Shown: in pieces, positions 21,697 to 31,215 of the stretch
Layout of the letters: each line of letters starts with the position of its first letter
Position numbering within the stretch: position 1 is the first letter of the stretch
DNA from: an uncultured Verrucomicrobiae bacterium
GTDB taxonomy: Bacteria > Verrucomicrobiota > Verrucomicrobiia > Opitutales > JABDGR01
Length of the DNA: 64,000 nt
NCBI GenBank assembly: GCA_963765205.1
Contig: CAVXVB010000007.1
Coordinates: 1 to 64,000, forward strand
Direction of reading: 5' to 3'
The notes under the pieces: model-generated
What the model was told of the DNA's origin: nothing
Databases searched by the model: none
Seen by the model: the letters and a program-made list of their open reading frames with translations, nothing else
Program-made: the position numbers and the translations under genes

Positions 21697-22629
21697 ATGC
21701 ATATCCTCCCCCAACCGCCACCCGAGGACGACCGTGGGCCACCGGTGCTGATGCCCCCGCCCAAATACAAAAATGCGCAGGAGGCCGCACGCATCTACTT
21801 CCTGCCCAACCTCTTCACTGCCGGTAACCTTTTTTTTGGCTTCGTCGCCATCATCCGCTGCATCCAAGCCCGCTATGTCGCTCTTTCCGAGCCGGAGGCC
21901 AATGGACTTTATACCGAAGCGGTTTGGTTCATCCTCCTCGCCGCCTTTTGCGACGCTCTGGACGGCCGGCTCGCCCGCCTCGGAGGCCGCGAATCCCTTT
22001 TTGGCAAGGAATTCGACTCCATCGCGGACACTGTTTCCTTCGGCGTGGCTCCCGCGTTGATGGTGTTCTTCCTCATTCTCGGACCCGGCTTGGGCAAATA
22101 CTCCGACCTTTTTCAACAAATCGGGTGGATTGTTGGCTTTGTTTATCTCTTATGTGTGGCTGTTCGCTTGGCGCGTTTTAACGTCGTCACCAACCCCCTT
22201 CTGCCTGGTGTTTCCTCCACGGCCTCGACTAAAGATTTCATGGGGTTGCCTTCGCCCGCCGCCGCCGGTTTCGTAGCCTCGCTTGTCCTTGCCATGTTGA
22301 ACCTCGATTTCGAGAAGGAAACCATCCAGCAATTCGCCATTCTACTGCTGCCCTTGCTGCTCCTTGTTGCGCTCCTGATGGTCAGCAATGTCCCCTACCC
22401 GAGTTTTAAGCATATTGACTGGCAGACCCAGACGACCGCTCGACCCTTTATTCTCTTTATCATTGGCATCGCCATCGCTTACCGGCTCCGGGTCTTTTCG
22501 CCCGCCATCTTTTTTCTTTTCTACATTTTTTATGGCCTCTTTCGTTATTGGCGTCGCAGCGTCCGCCGCAGACAACAGCCGCCGCCGCCGCCCGATCCGG
22601 ACGAGCCGGAGGCCGACGAAGCCTTCTGA
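21697..22629 (+). CDS. pssA: CDP-diacylglycerol--serine O-phosphatidyltransferase
   Basis: LPNLFTAGN, the CDP-alcohol motif DALDGRLAR..SLFGKEFDSIADTVSFGVAP, RLARFN, FMGLPSP and LMVSNVPYPSFK. Confidence 0.9.
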   Translation: MHILPQPPPEDDRGPPVLMPPPKYKNAQEAARIYFLPNLFTAGNLFFGFVAIIRCIQARYVALSEPEANGLYTEAVWFILLAAFCDALDGRLARLGGRESLFGKEFDSIADTVSFGVAPALMVFFLILGPGLGKYSDLFQQIGWIVGFVYLLCVAVRLARFNVVTNPLLPGVSSTASTKDFMGLPSPAAAGFVASLVLAMLNLDFEKETIQQFAILLLPLLLLVALLMVSNVPYPSFKHIDWQTQTTARPFILFIIGIAIAYRLRVFSPAIFFLFYIFYGLFRYWRRSVRRRQQPPPPPDPDEPEADEAF

Positions 22630-22882
22630 TTTTAGTGAAGAACCTTGCGCATAACTGACAAGCGGTCGCGATATTCGCCAAGACCCCGGTTTAGCCCCAG
22701 AGTTCTTCGCCTCCCATGACATCGCAACACCTTGATGGTGCCCGCTTTTTAGAGTTGTCACGATGCTCACCAGACATAATAAGAGTATACTTAATTCATT
22801 CCTTATTCCTCTTATCTGGATAGCATAGATTTCCGTGATTCGAGGTTGCCAGCCGCTCCCTTTCCCCCTTTTCTAACGTTCC

Positions 22883-24013
22883 ATGAAGTTCAAAATCAAT
22901 CGCGACCATTTTGCCACCGGCCTCCAACAGGTGCTCAATGTCGTGGGCACCCGCGCCACGATGCCCATTTTGAGCAACGTGCTCCTTCAAGCCGAGGACG
23001 GCGGCGTCGCGCTCACGACCACCAACCTCGATCTGGGCATTCGCTGCCGCATCAAGGCCGAAGTTTCCCAACCGGGCGCGCTTACGTTGCCTGTTCGGAA
23101 GCTTGCGGAAATCGTCAAGGCGCTGCCCAATCTTGAAGTCTCGCTGGAAAGCACGCCTGGCCATCAGGCAAAAATTTCCTCCGGGGGTTCGCTTTTTCGC
23201 GTGATGGGCATCGGCAAGGAAGAATTTCCGCAACTCCCGGCGTTTGCCGACAAGCATAAGTTTTCCCTCCCGCAAGCCGACCTCGCACGCATGTTGAAAA
23301 GCGTCGCCTACGCGCAATCCTCGGACGAGAACCGCTACATCCTCAACGGCGTCTATTTTAATTTTGCCGACGGCAAACTCACGCTTGTGGCAACGGATGG
23401 CCGCCGCCTCGCTCTCGTTAGCCATGAAGTTGCGGTCACGGAAGCCAATGCCGGCAGCCTCATCCTCCCCGCGAAAACCGTTGCCGAACTCAGCCGGCTG
23501 CTCGGTCAGGGCGTAACCGCGGAAATTACTTTTAACGACCGGCAGGCCGCCTTCGAAATCGCCATTGGCGAAGCCGCCACCGGCAACGGCCTCGTGGACA
23601 ACATTTACCTCGTCTCCAAAATCGTCGAGGGCAACTACCCGAATTATCGCCAGGTGATTCCCAAGGAAACCGAGCACCGCGTCAAAATTGAGCGCGAACT
23701 CCTTGCCGAATGCGTGCAGCGCGCCGCCCTCGTCACCAGCGACAAAAATAATTCCATCCGGCTCAAGGCCACGAAAAACCTGCTGGAAATTTCCGCGCAA
23801 AGCCCCGAGTTCGGCGAGTCGCACGAGACCATGGCCATCGCCTACGCCGGCGGCGAAGTGCAAATCGCCTTCAACCCCCAATTTCTGCTCGACCCCCTCC
23901 GCGCCCTGTCCCACGACGAGGTTTTCTTCGAGTTCAAGGACGAGCTTAGCCCCGGCATCTTCAAAACGCTCGACAGCTTCCTCTGCGTCATCATGCCGCT
24001 ACGACTGAATTAG
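22883..24013 (+). CDS. dnaN: DNA polymerase III beta sliding clamp
   Basis: [50 protein letters not shown] and C-terminal VIMPLRL. Confidence 0.97.
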   Translation: MKFKINRDHFATGLQQVLNVVGTRATMPILSNVLLQAEDGGVALTTTNLDLGIRCRIKAEVSQPGALTLPVRKLAEIVKALPNLEVSLESTPGHQAKISSGGSLFRVMGIGKEEFPQLPAFADKHKFSLPQADLARMLKSVAYAQSSDENRYILNGVYFNFADGKLTLVATDGRRLALVSHEVAVTEANAGSLILPAKTVAELSRLLGQGVTAEITFNDRQAAFEIAIGEAATGNGLVDNIYLVSKIVEGNYPNYRQVIPKETEHRVKIERELLAECVQRAALVTSDKNNSIRLKATKNLLEISAQSPEFGESHETMAIAYAGGEVQIAFNPQFLLDPLRALSHDEVFFEFKDELSPGIFKTLDSFLCVIMPLRLN

Positions 24014-24279
24014 GCGGTATCATAAAATGTAGGTCGTCATGGCGACGATCCCGCTTCCCAAGTTCGACAGGCGGTCGAATAGTCGATTTCAGCTCATTCG
24101 CCCGTCATAGTACCGGCCATGACCCTTGGCCTACGCAATTCGTGACTTCGGGGGCTGGGCGTTTCCCTGCGGGTGTGATAGGCTGGCCTGACGCGCCGGG
24201 TTCCGCCCCGCCGCCGGCACCGCGTGATGAGGCCAAAACATTCTTTCCTCCCCGGCGGGAACCAACTAAAATCAGCCCC

Positions 24280-24907
24280 ATGAAAAAGCCACTGTTCGTT
24301 TTGATTGTCCTCGCCGTCGGCGGATTTGTCTGGTGGCTCACGCGCCCGGCGCCCGCCGTGGCCGAGCCGGTGAGATTATCATCCGCTGCGCCCAACCCGA
24401 CCCCGGAATCCGGCGGCCTCGCCAAGATCCGCCGTCCAGGCTCCGGTGCTGGCGCCGGCGGAACCGCCCGCGCCATCCCCGGCCATGGCCGCCGCGCAGC
24501 TCGCCGCCGCACCCAAAGTGGACGCCCAAGTGAATTTGGAAACCGCCATTCCCGACCTCGCCAATCTACTCGCCACCGGCGATCTCGCGGACGCCTTCGA
24601 AAATTACACGCCGCCCGACGTTCTCGCACAAATCCCGCCCGACCGCATGGCCGCCATCGAACAACAATTGAACTCGCTTAACCAGCAACCCCAAGCCGTG
24701 GCCCGGCTCGCGGTCATGGCCCAGGTGCTGGCCTCTTTTGACGGACAGACCCCGACCTATAACGACACCGGCGATGTCGCCACCTATCCCATCGTCAATC
24801 CCGCCGACGGTTCCAGCCAGGGCGCCTTCCATTTCCAAAAAGTTGACGGCCGCTGGTATATCGCCCAAACCGACCTAGGCCGCCTTGGCAACGCACTGGG
24901 CATGTAG
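24280..24907 (+). CDS. Exported protein of the PPD / QTP-FN-G-ATY / KVDG-WY family; probable single frameshift at about 24385-24412
   Basis: Signal anchor MKKPLFVLIVLAVGGFVWW. The +1 frame continues SPRSAVQAPVL, FENYTPPD, GQTPTYNDTGDVATY and FQKVDGRWY, matching the genes at 54783-57476. Confidence 0.72.
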
Positions 24908-24970
24908 TCGGGGAAAATAGGTTTGCGGTGTGTTTTTAAGTTGTCCGTTTTCGCCGTTTGGCGCAGACTA

Positions 24971-25141
24971 TGTTATAATCACACAGCATAGGCCCGCTTG
25001 GTTCCGCGCCCGGCTTGGGCTAATTTCGGTCATCCCGCGGGATCAATCCCATTCGAAAAAGCGTTTAGACAACCAAGCACTGGAAAACTAAGCACCAAAA
25101 GACTTTTTTGGAAACCTTTCCCCGCCGCCATGTTATAATCA
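24971..25141 (+). promoter_or_regulatory. Two tandem extended -10 promoter-like motifs (TGTTATAAT) upstream of the repeat-protein pair
   Basis: The identical 12-mer ATGTTATAATCA occurs at 24970 and 25130 and matches TGnTATAAT. The second copy ends about 10 nt before the GTG at 25152. Confidence 0.55.
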
Positions 25142-25151
25142 TTACCACGCT

Positions 25152-27632
25152 GTGATAAAAAAACTCTTCCGCACCGGGTTGCCCGTCCTCCTGGCTTTTG
25201 CCGCCGGGTGGGTCGCGCAGGTCTATTGGCATGATCGCGCTGCCCTGAGCCAGTCAAAGACGCGCCCCGCGCGCGCGCCTAGTCAGGCGACGACCAGGCC
25301 CACTCCCTTCTCCGCCAATTACACCAACGCCGTGCAAGGCGAGGACGCCACGCCGAAAGCGGTCGCCTGGTCGGCTGATTCCGCCTTCGCCAAAATTCTC
25401 GCCACCACGCACGGCGGCCAGCGCACCCTTGCCATCGCCGGCCTCATCGCCCAAACCCCGCCCGACCAACTCGGCGCCCTCCTCGACTCCGCCCGCTTTT
25501 GCAACGACAGCGAGGCGCGCGACGAACTCCAATCCATGGCCTACGCCAAGTGGGCCGACGCCGACCCCGCAAAAGCCCTGGCCTTCGCCCGCGCCTCCAC
25601 CAAAATTTGGGATAAAAATTCCGGCGCGCTCACCGCCGTCCTTGGCACCTGGGCCGGGCACGACCCCGCCGCCGCCCTCGCCGCCGCGCAGAGTCTTGAT
25701 ACCATCTCCTTTCGGGCCGACGGCATCAACGCGGTGCTCGGCTCGTGGGCCAGCGACGACCCCCAGGCCGCCCTCGCCGCCGCCAAGGGCCTCAATCTCG
25801 GCGGCAAACTCAATGACGCCCTCAATGGAATTTACACCACTTGGGCGCAGCAAGACCCCGCCGCCGCCTTCGCCGCGCTTGATCAAGTCCCCAACGTCAA
25901 TACCCGCAATAATCTCGCCGGCGGCATTCTGCAAACCATGGCCGATTCTAACCCCAATGGCGCGCTGAAATTGCTGCTCACCCTGCCCGAAGGCGCGCAA
26001 AACGCCCCGCGTTACCCCGTCAATTTCATCTTCTCGCGCCTGACCATGCAGGACCCCGGCGCGGCGGTACAGGCCCTCAGCCAGTTGCAAGGCGGCGCGA
26101 TGCGCGAGCGCGCCATCACCTGCATCGCCGATGATTGGGCCGACGCCAATCCCGCGGCCGCCGTCGCCTGGGCCAACAACTTGAGCAACCCCGCCGACCG
26201 CGACAACGCCCTCCTCAACTCCATCCGCCACGTCTCCGGCCAGGACCCCTCCACCGCCGCCAACGACCTCAGCCTCATCCCCAACGTCAACCAGCGCAAC
26301 CAGGCCATGAGCGATGTCCTCAGCCATTGGACGGACACCGACCCCGCCGCCGCGCTCAAATGGGCCCAATACAACACCACTGGCAGCGCCCAAACCATGG
26401 CGCTGACGCAAATCGTCCAAAACATCGCCGGCACCGACCCGGTGGGCGCGATGAACGTCATCCAGCAAATGCCCACCACTCCCAACACCAACAACCTCGT
26501 CTTCCAAACTATCGGCCAATGGTCGCAGGACGACCCCGCCGCCGCCATGCAATGGGCCAAAACCAACCTTTCTGGCGCCGACCAAACCACCGCCAGCACC
26601 ATCGCCCTCACCGGCCTCATCCAATCCGACCCCGTCACCGGCGGCGAACTCGTCGCCTCGATGCCCGACAACCAACAACGCAATGACCTGATCAATCAAG
26701 TGGCCACTTCGATGGCCAGCGGAGACATAGACAGCGCCCTCGCTTGGGTTACTTCCGTCCCCAACATTTCCGACCAAGCCAAATACGCCGCCATGTCAAA
26801 TGTCTTTGGACAAATAACCCAAGAGGATCCTGCCGCCGCCGCCCAGAAACTGCAAAGCCTTAACCTAGACACCTCGACACCGACAGGTGCCAACCCCCAG
26901 TCGGCCTTTCTCTCCAACGCCACCATTCAAATTGCCACCAGTTGGGCACAAGGCGACCCCGACGCTGCCCTCGTCTGGTCAGAAAATCTCACTGGTCCGG
27001 AACGCCTAAATGCCCTTGCCGCCACTCTCAACACCGTTGCTAGCTCCGACCCCATCAGCGCTTGGAATACTGTCACCAACCTATTCACCGACGACCCTGC
27101 GCGCGCCGACCTCATGGTCAACGTTATTAACGTTTGGGGCAACTCTGACGCTGCTGGTGCCGTCAGTGTCCTCGGCTATCTTACCCCTTCCCAGCAAGAC
27201 TTCGCCATCAACACCATCTCCCGCACTTGGATTAGCCAAGACCCTGCCGCCGCCTCCACTTGGATCAGCACCCTCCCCTCCAGCCCCGCTCGCGACACTG
27301 CCGTGCTAAATCTCCTCAGGGGCGCACCCGGCTCCTACGACATGTCCACCGGGATGGCTTGGGCCGCCAGCGTCAGCGCTGCCGGAGCCCAAAATCTCGC
27401 CTACAACACCGTTATCCAACAAACCGCGCGCACCGACCCGGACGCCGCGCTGGCCGCCGTCGCCTCCGCCAACCTCACGGCCGACCAGCGCGCGCAGCTC
27501 AACCAAGTCATCCAGAACGCCGCCCAAAACGGAGCGAAGGGAATCAATAATTACAACGCCCCCGGCCCGCCGCCGCAGGGCTACCATTACGAATACCAGA
27601 ACGGCGCGCAGCAACTCGTGCCGAATAATTAA
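25152..27632 (+). CDS. Membrane-anchored alpha-helical W-x3-DP repeat protein (paralog 3, 826 aa)
   Basis: Anchor LPVLLAFAAGWVAQV, about 20 repeats such as WADADPAKAL, WAGHDPAAAL, WASDDPQAAL and WTDTDPAAALKW, and cap ANLTADQRAQL. Confidence 0.8.
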   Translation: MIKKLFRTGLPVLLAFAAGWVAQVYWHDRAALSQSKTRPARAPSQATTRPTPFSANYTNAVQGEDATPKAVAWSADSAFAKILATTHGGQRTLAIAGLIAQTPPDQLGALLDSARFCNDSEARDELQSMAYAKWADADPAKALAFARASTKIWDKNSGALTAVLGTWAGHDPAAALAAAQSLDTISFRADGINAVLGSWASDDPQAALAAAKGLNLGGKLNDALNGIYTTWAQQDPAAAFAALDQVPNVNTRNNLAGGILQTMADSNPNGALKLLLTLPEGAQNAPRYPVNFIFSRLTMQDPGAAVQALSQLQGGAMRERAITCIADDWADANPAAAVAWANNLSNPADRDNALLNSIRHVSGQDPSTAANDLSLIPNVNQRNQAMSDVLSHWTDTDPAAALKWAQYNTTGSAQTMALTQIVQNIAGTDPVGAMNVIQQMPTTPNTNNLVFQTIGQWSQDDPAAAMQWAKTNLSGADQTTASTIALTGLIQSDPVTGGELVASMPDNQQRNDLINQVATSMASGDIDSALAWVTSVPNISDQAKYAAMSNVFGQITQEDPAAAAQKLQSLNLDTSTPTGANPQSAFLSNATIQIATSWAQGDPDAALVWSENLTGPERLNALAATLNTVASSDPISAWNTVTNLFTDDPARADLMVNVINVWGNSDAAGAVSVLGYLTPSQQDFAINTISRTWISQDPAAASTWISTLPSSPARDTAVLNLLRGAPGSYDMSTGMAWAASVSAAGAQNLAYNTVIQQTARTDPDAALAAVASANLTADQRAQLNQVIQNAAQNGAKGINNYNAPGPPPQGYHYEYQNGAQQLVPNN

Positions 27633-27673
27633 ATTTATTATTAAGTACCATGAATATGTTTTTTAGCAATGTG

Positions 27674-27727
27674 GGTAGGGACGGCTCTCCGAGCCGTCCG
27701 CGGACGCCACGGAGTGGCGTCCCTACC
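27674..27727. repeat. GTAG-type REP doublet (REPIN-like)
   Basis: Terminal inverted repeat GGTAGGGACG...CGTCCCTACC encloses hairpins GACGGCTC-tcc-GAGCCGTC and GGACGCCAC-gga-GTGGCGTCC. A degenerate half copy lies near 58974. Confidence 0.75.
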
Positions 27728-27756
27728 AGAATGCGTCGCCGTCCCCCCGCCGCCGG

Positions 27757-30120
27757 ATGAAACCCTCACCCAAAATTTTCGCGCCCATCCTCGCCGCCTT
27801 CGTTGTCGGCCTGGTGGCCGCGCATTTTTGGGCGACACGCGCGCCGGCCGCGTCGCGCTCGGGAAACACCACCCCCACCAAATCCGCCGCCAACATACGC
27901 TTCACCACGACCGCCGCCGGCGACAACCGCTCCAACCTCCAAGGCTGGGATGCCAATTCCGCCCTCGGCCAAATTATGGCCAATGCTCCCGGCGGCGAAC
28001 GCTTCCTCGCTGCCGCCGCGCTCGTGGACTCACTCCCGGCGGACCAGCTTGCAGGCCTCATCAACTCCGCCCGCGCCTGTCCCGACGCCGCGCTCCGCCA
28101 GAAAGTCCTCGACATGGCCTACGCTAAATGGGCGGCGAACAACCCGCAAGCTGCGCTCACCTTTGCCCGCACCGCCGCCACGCAACGTTACGACCACGAT
28201 GCCGGCCCGCTCGACCAAGTCCTCAGCACCTGGGCCTCGACGGACCCGCAAGCCGCCCTCGACGCCGCCAAGAAAATTAACATCACCTCCCTCCGTGGCG
28301 ACGCCCTCAATTCCGTTTTCGGCGCGATGGCCCAAGGCCCCGACCCGCTGGGCGCCGTCGCCGCGGCCAAAGCGCTCCCCGGCAACCAAAGCCGCGACGC
28401 CCTCAACGCGGTCTTCAATAGCTGGGCGGAGTCCGACCCCGCGAGCGCCTTTCACGCTCTCGGCCAAATCCCGAACCTAACCATGCGCTCCGACACCGCG
28501 CGCAACATCATCATTAACGAAAGCAACCTCGACCCCCACGCCGCGCTCGCCATGACGAAGAGCCTCCCGCCCGGAATGCAATCGCAGGACGATTACAGCT
28601 ACGCCTTCTCGCGCATGGCCGCCCAAAACCCCGCCGACGCCGTTGCCACCCTGGCCCAAGTCCCGGCCGGCAGAATGCAAAACCTCGCCGTGCAAGCCAT
28701 CGCCGCCGATTGGGCCGACGCCGACCCGCAAGCCGCGGTCGCGTGGGCCGCTTCGCTCACCAACCCCACGGAAAAACAAACCGCGCTCTTTTATTCCCTG
28801 CGCCACATGGCCGGCTCCGACCCCGCCGGCGCCATCGCGCAAGTCAACCTCATCTCGAACGCCAACCAGCGCACCACGGCCATCAACGACATCATGGACA
28901 ATTGGGCCGATGCCGACCCCACCGCCGCCCTCGGCTGGGTGGATAAAAACACCACCGGCGCGGCCTACAACCGCTCCATCACGAATGTCCTTGCCCGCAT
29001 CGCCACCAACGACCCTTCCGCCGCTGCCGACTATCTCGCCACCATGCCCAGCGGCCCCTCCAAAAGCCAAGCCACCACCATCACTCTTAATAATTGGGCG
29101 CAACAAGACCCGCAGGCCGCCCTCGATTGGGCGGGCCAGCATCTCACCGGCGCCGACCTCGACAATGCCACCAACAACATCGTCCGCAATCTCATCGCCA
29201 CCGACCCGGCCTCCGGCGCGGCCTTCGTCGCGCAAATGCCCGACTCGCCCTCCCGCAACAACGCCATCCTCAACGCCGTCACCACGCTCTCCCGCCAGGA
29301 CCTTGGTACCGCGCTCGACTGGCTCACTTCCACGCCCGGCATTCCCGACAACACCAAACGCCAGGCCATGCAAAGCCTCCTGAACACTTGGGCGGAAGTG
29401 GACCCCGCCAGCGCCGCCGTCGTCCTCAACCAAACCCTCGCCACCGACCCGACCTACGCCACCCTTGTCCCCAACATCGCCGCCCAATGGGCCGCCAGCG
29501 ACCCGAACGCCGCGCTTCAATGGGCCGAAGCACTCACCGACGACGCCCAACGCCAGACCGCCATTTCGCGCGCCATCTCGACCATCGCCAACACCGACCC
29601 CGCCGGCGCGTGGAAAGACCTCGCCAATCTGCCCGACTCGACGCAACGCACCAGCCTGATGAGCAACGTCCTCACCGACTGGGCGCGGCAAGCCCCCGCC
29701 GCCGCCGCGTCCGCGCTCAATCAAGTCCCCGACGGCCCCACGCGCACCAACGCCTACAGCAGCCTCGCGACGACTTGGCTCCAGCAAAATCCCCCCGCCG
29801 CCTCGGCTTGGATCAATACCCTCCCGACCGGCAACGACCGCGACGCCGCCGTGATCAGCCTCGTCAACAATCAAGCCCCCGCCGACCCGAACGCCGCCCT
29901 CACCTGGGCCGCCACGATCACCGCCGACGCCACGCGCTTGAACGCCTACCGCAGCGTCCTCAACCAACTCGCCCGCCAAAACCCCGCCGCCGCCACGGAC
30001 GCCATTAAAAACCTCCAACTCACGGACGACCAGCGCACCCAACTCACCACCTTCATCGCCAAAATCCCCCCGCTCCCGCCCCCCAACCCCAGCCAGTATA
30101 TCAACAACCGGATGAATTGA
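27757..30120 (+). CDS. Membrane-anchored alpha-helical W-x3-DP repeat protein (paralog 4, 787 aa)
   Basis: Anchor ILAAFVVGLVAAHFW, repeats collinear with paralog 3 (MAYAKWAANNPQAAL, WADADPQAAVAWA), and cap QLTDDQRTQL. Confidence 0.8.
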   Translation: MKPSPKIFAPILAAFVVGLVAAHFWATRAPAASRSGNTTPTKSAANIRFTTTAAGDNRSNLQGWDANSALGQIMANAPGGERFLAAAALVDSLPADQLAGLINSARACPDAALRQKVLDMAYAKWAANNPQAALTFARTAATQRYDHDAGPLDQVLSTWASTDPQAALDAAKKINITSLRGDALNSVFGAMAQGPDPLGAVAAAKALPGNQSRDALNAVFNSWAESDPASAFHALGQIPNLTMRSDTARNIIINESNLDPHAALAMTKSLPPGMQSQDDYSYAFSRMAAQNPADAVATLAQVPAGRMQNLAVQAIAADWADADPQAAVAWAASLTNPTEKQTALFYSLRHMAGSDPAGAIAQVNLISNANQRTTAINDIMDNWADADPTAALGWVDKNTTGAAYNRSITNVLARIATNDPSAAADYLATMPSGPSKSQATTITLNNWAQQDPQAALDWAGQHLTGADLDNATNNIVRNLIATDPASGAAFVAQMPDSPSRNNAILNAVTTLSRQDLGTALDWLTSTPGIPDNTKRQAMQSLLNTWAEVDPASAAVVLNQTLATDPTYATLVPNIAAQWAASDPNAALQWAEALTDDAQRQTAISRAISTIANTDPAGAWKDLANLPDSTQRTSLMSNVLTDWARQAPAAAASALNQVPDGPTRTNAYSSLATTWLQQNPPAASAWINTLPTGNDRDAAVISLVNNQAPADPNAALTWAATITADATRLNAYRSVLNQLARQNPAAATDAIKNLQLTDDQRTQLTTFIAKIPPLPPPNPSQYINNRMN

Positions 30121-30165
30121 AGGGGGAAAATCGTATAATAAATGACTCGACGACAGAGAACCAAA

Positions 30166-31215
30166 ATGGCAGAGTCGGGGGGAGTGAAAATACCCGTAGC
30201 CATTGACTTGTTTTCCGGATGCGGCGGCCTGACCTTGGGGCTGAAGCGGGCGGGCTTTCGCGTCATCGGGGCGGTCGAGAAGGATCCGCTGGCCGTTGAG
30301 ACCTACCAAGCCAACCACCGGCACGTTTTTGTCTGGTCGCAAGATATTTGCACCCTCCCGGTTGCTGAGGTGATGAGCAAACTGAAACTCCTCCCCGGCC
30401 AACTCGACTTATTGGCGGGCTGCCCGCCGTGCCAGGGCTTTTCCACTATTACAACGCTCAATGGCCAGGTTGGCTTTGATGACCCGCGTAATGACCTCGT
30501 CTTTCAGTTCGTGCGATTCGTGCGCGGCCTCCGCCCGAAAGCCATCATGATGGAAAATGTGCCCGGCCTCGCCAAGGACCGACGCATCCAGGAGGTCGTA
30601 ACCGAATTGGAAGCGATGGGGTACCACTGCACCCGTGATGTCCTGAATGCCGCCGACTACGGCGTGCCGCAGCGCCGCCGGCGATTCATCCTCGTTGCCG
30701 GTCTTGGCGCAAAAATCCCATTCGGCAAATTTGCGCAACGAAAACGGACCGTTCGCGAAGCGTTTGCCAGACTTGGCAAAGGAGCCAAACATGACCCGCT
30801 TCATAATTTCCCGGAACGACGCAGCGATGAGGTGAAGCAACGCATTCGACTAACCCCCAAAGACGGCGGCAGCCGGCTTGATTTAGGGATCGAAAATCAG
30901 CTCGAATGCCATAAAAAATGCAATGGGTTCAAGGATATTTACGGGCGGATGGCTTGGGATGAAGTTTCCCCGACCATTACCGGAGGTTGCTTCAATCCGT
31001 CCAAAGGCCGTTTTTTGCACCCAACGAAAAATCGCACGATCACTTTGCGCGAAGCGGCGTTATTGCAAACATTCCCGATGACCTACTTTTTTTCACTTCG
31101 GCGCGGGAAATCCTCCGCCGCGCAGATGATTGGCAACGCGCTGCCGCCGGAATTTATTCGGCGGCATGCGATGCAAATCCGCATACATCTTGAAAATGAA
31201 AAAACAAATAATTAG
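30166..31215 (+). CDS. dcm: DNA cytosine-5 methyltransferase (start could also be 30142 or 30184)
   Basis: Motifs I DLFSGCGG, IV GCPPCQGFS, VI MENVPG, VIII YGVPQRRRRF, IX ITLREAALLQTFP and X IGNALPP. Confidence 0.95.
   Translation: MAESGGVKIPVAIDLFSGCGGLTLGLKRAGFRVIGAVEKDPLAVETYQANHRHVFVWSQDICTLPVAEVMSKLKLLPGQLDLLAGCPPCQGFSTITTLNGQVGFDDPRNDLVFQFVRFVRGLRPKAIMMENVPGLAKDRRIQEVVTELEAMGYHCTRDVLNAADYGVPQRRRRFILVAGLGAKIPFGKFAQRKRTVREAFARLGKGAKHDPLHNFPERRSDEVKQRIRLTPKDGGSRLDLGIENQLECHKKCNGFKDIYGRMAWDEVSPTITGGCFNPSKGRFLHPTKNRTITLREAALLQTFPMTYFFSLRRGKSSAAQMIGNALPPEFIRRHAMQIRIHLENEKTNN

Noticed and set aside
22630..22882. Possible oriC upstream of dnaN (AT-rich patch at about 22775-22830)
   Set aside because: No dnaA is adjacent, I found no clear TTATCCACA-type boxes, and the C-rich + strand bias looks the same on both sides.
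24985..25110. c-di-GMP-I riboswitch suggested by CCATTCGAAA
   Set aside because: The pairing partner and the second hairpin of that family are not evident.
28477..30402. Long antisense ORFs (also 25254-26777, 41542-43347, 49792-51336, 5473-7098)
   Set aside because: They are shadow frames of high-GC3 genes on the opposite strand and have no recognisable motifs.
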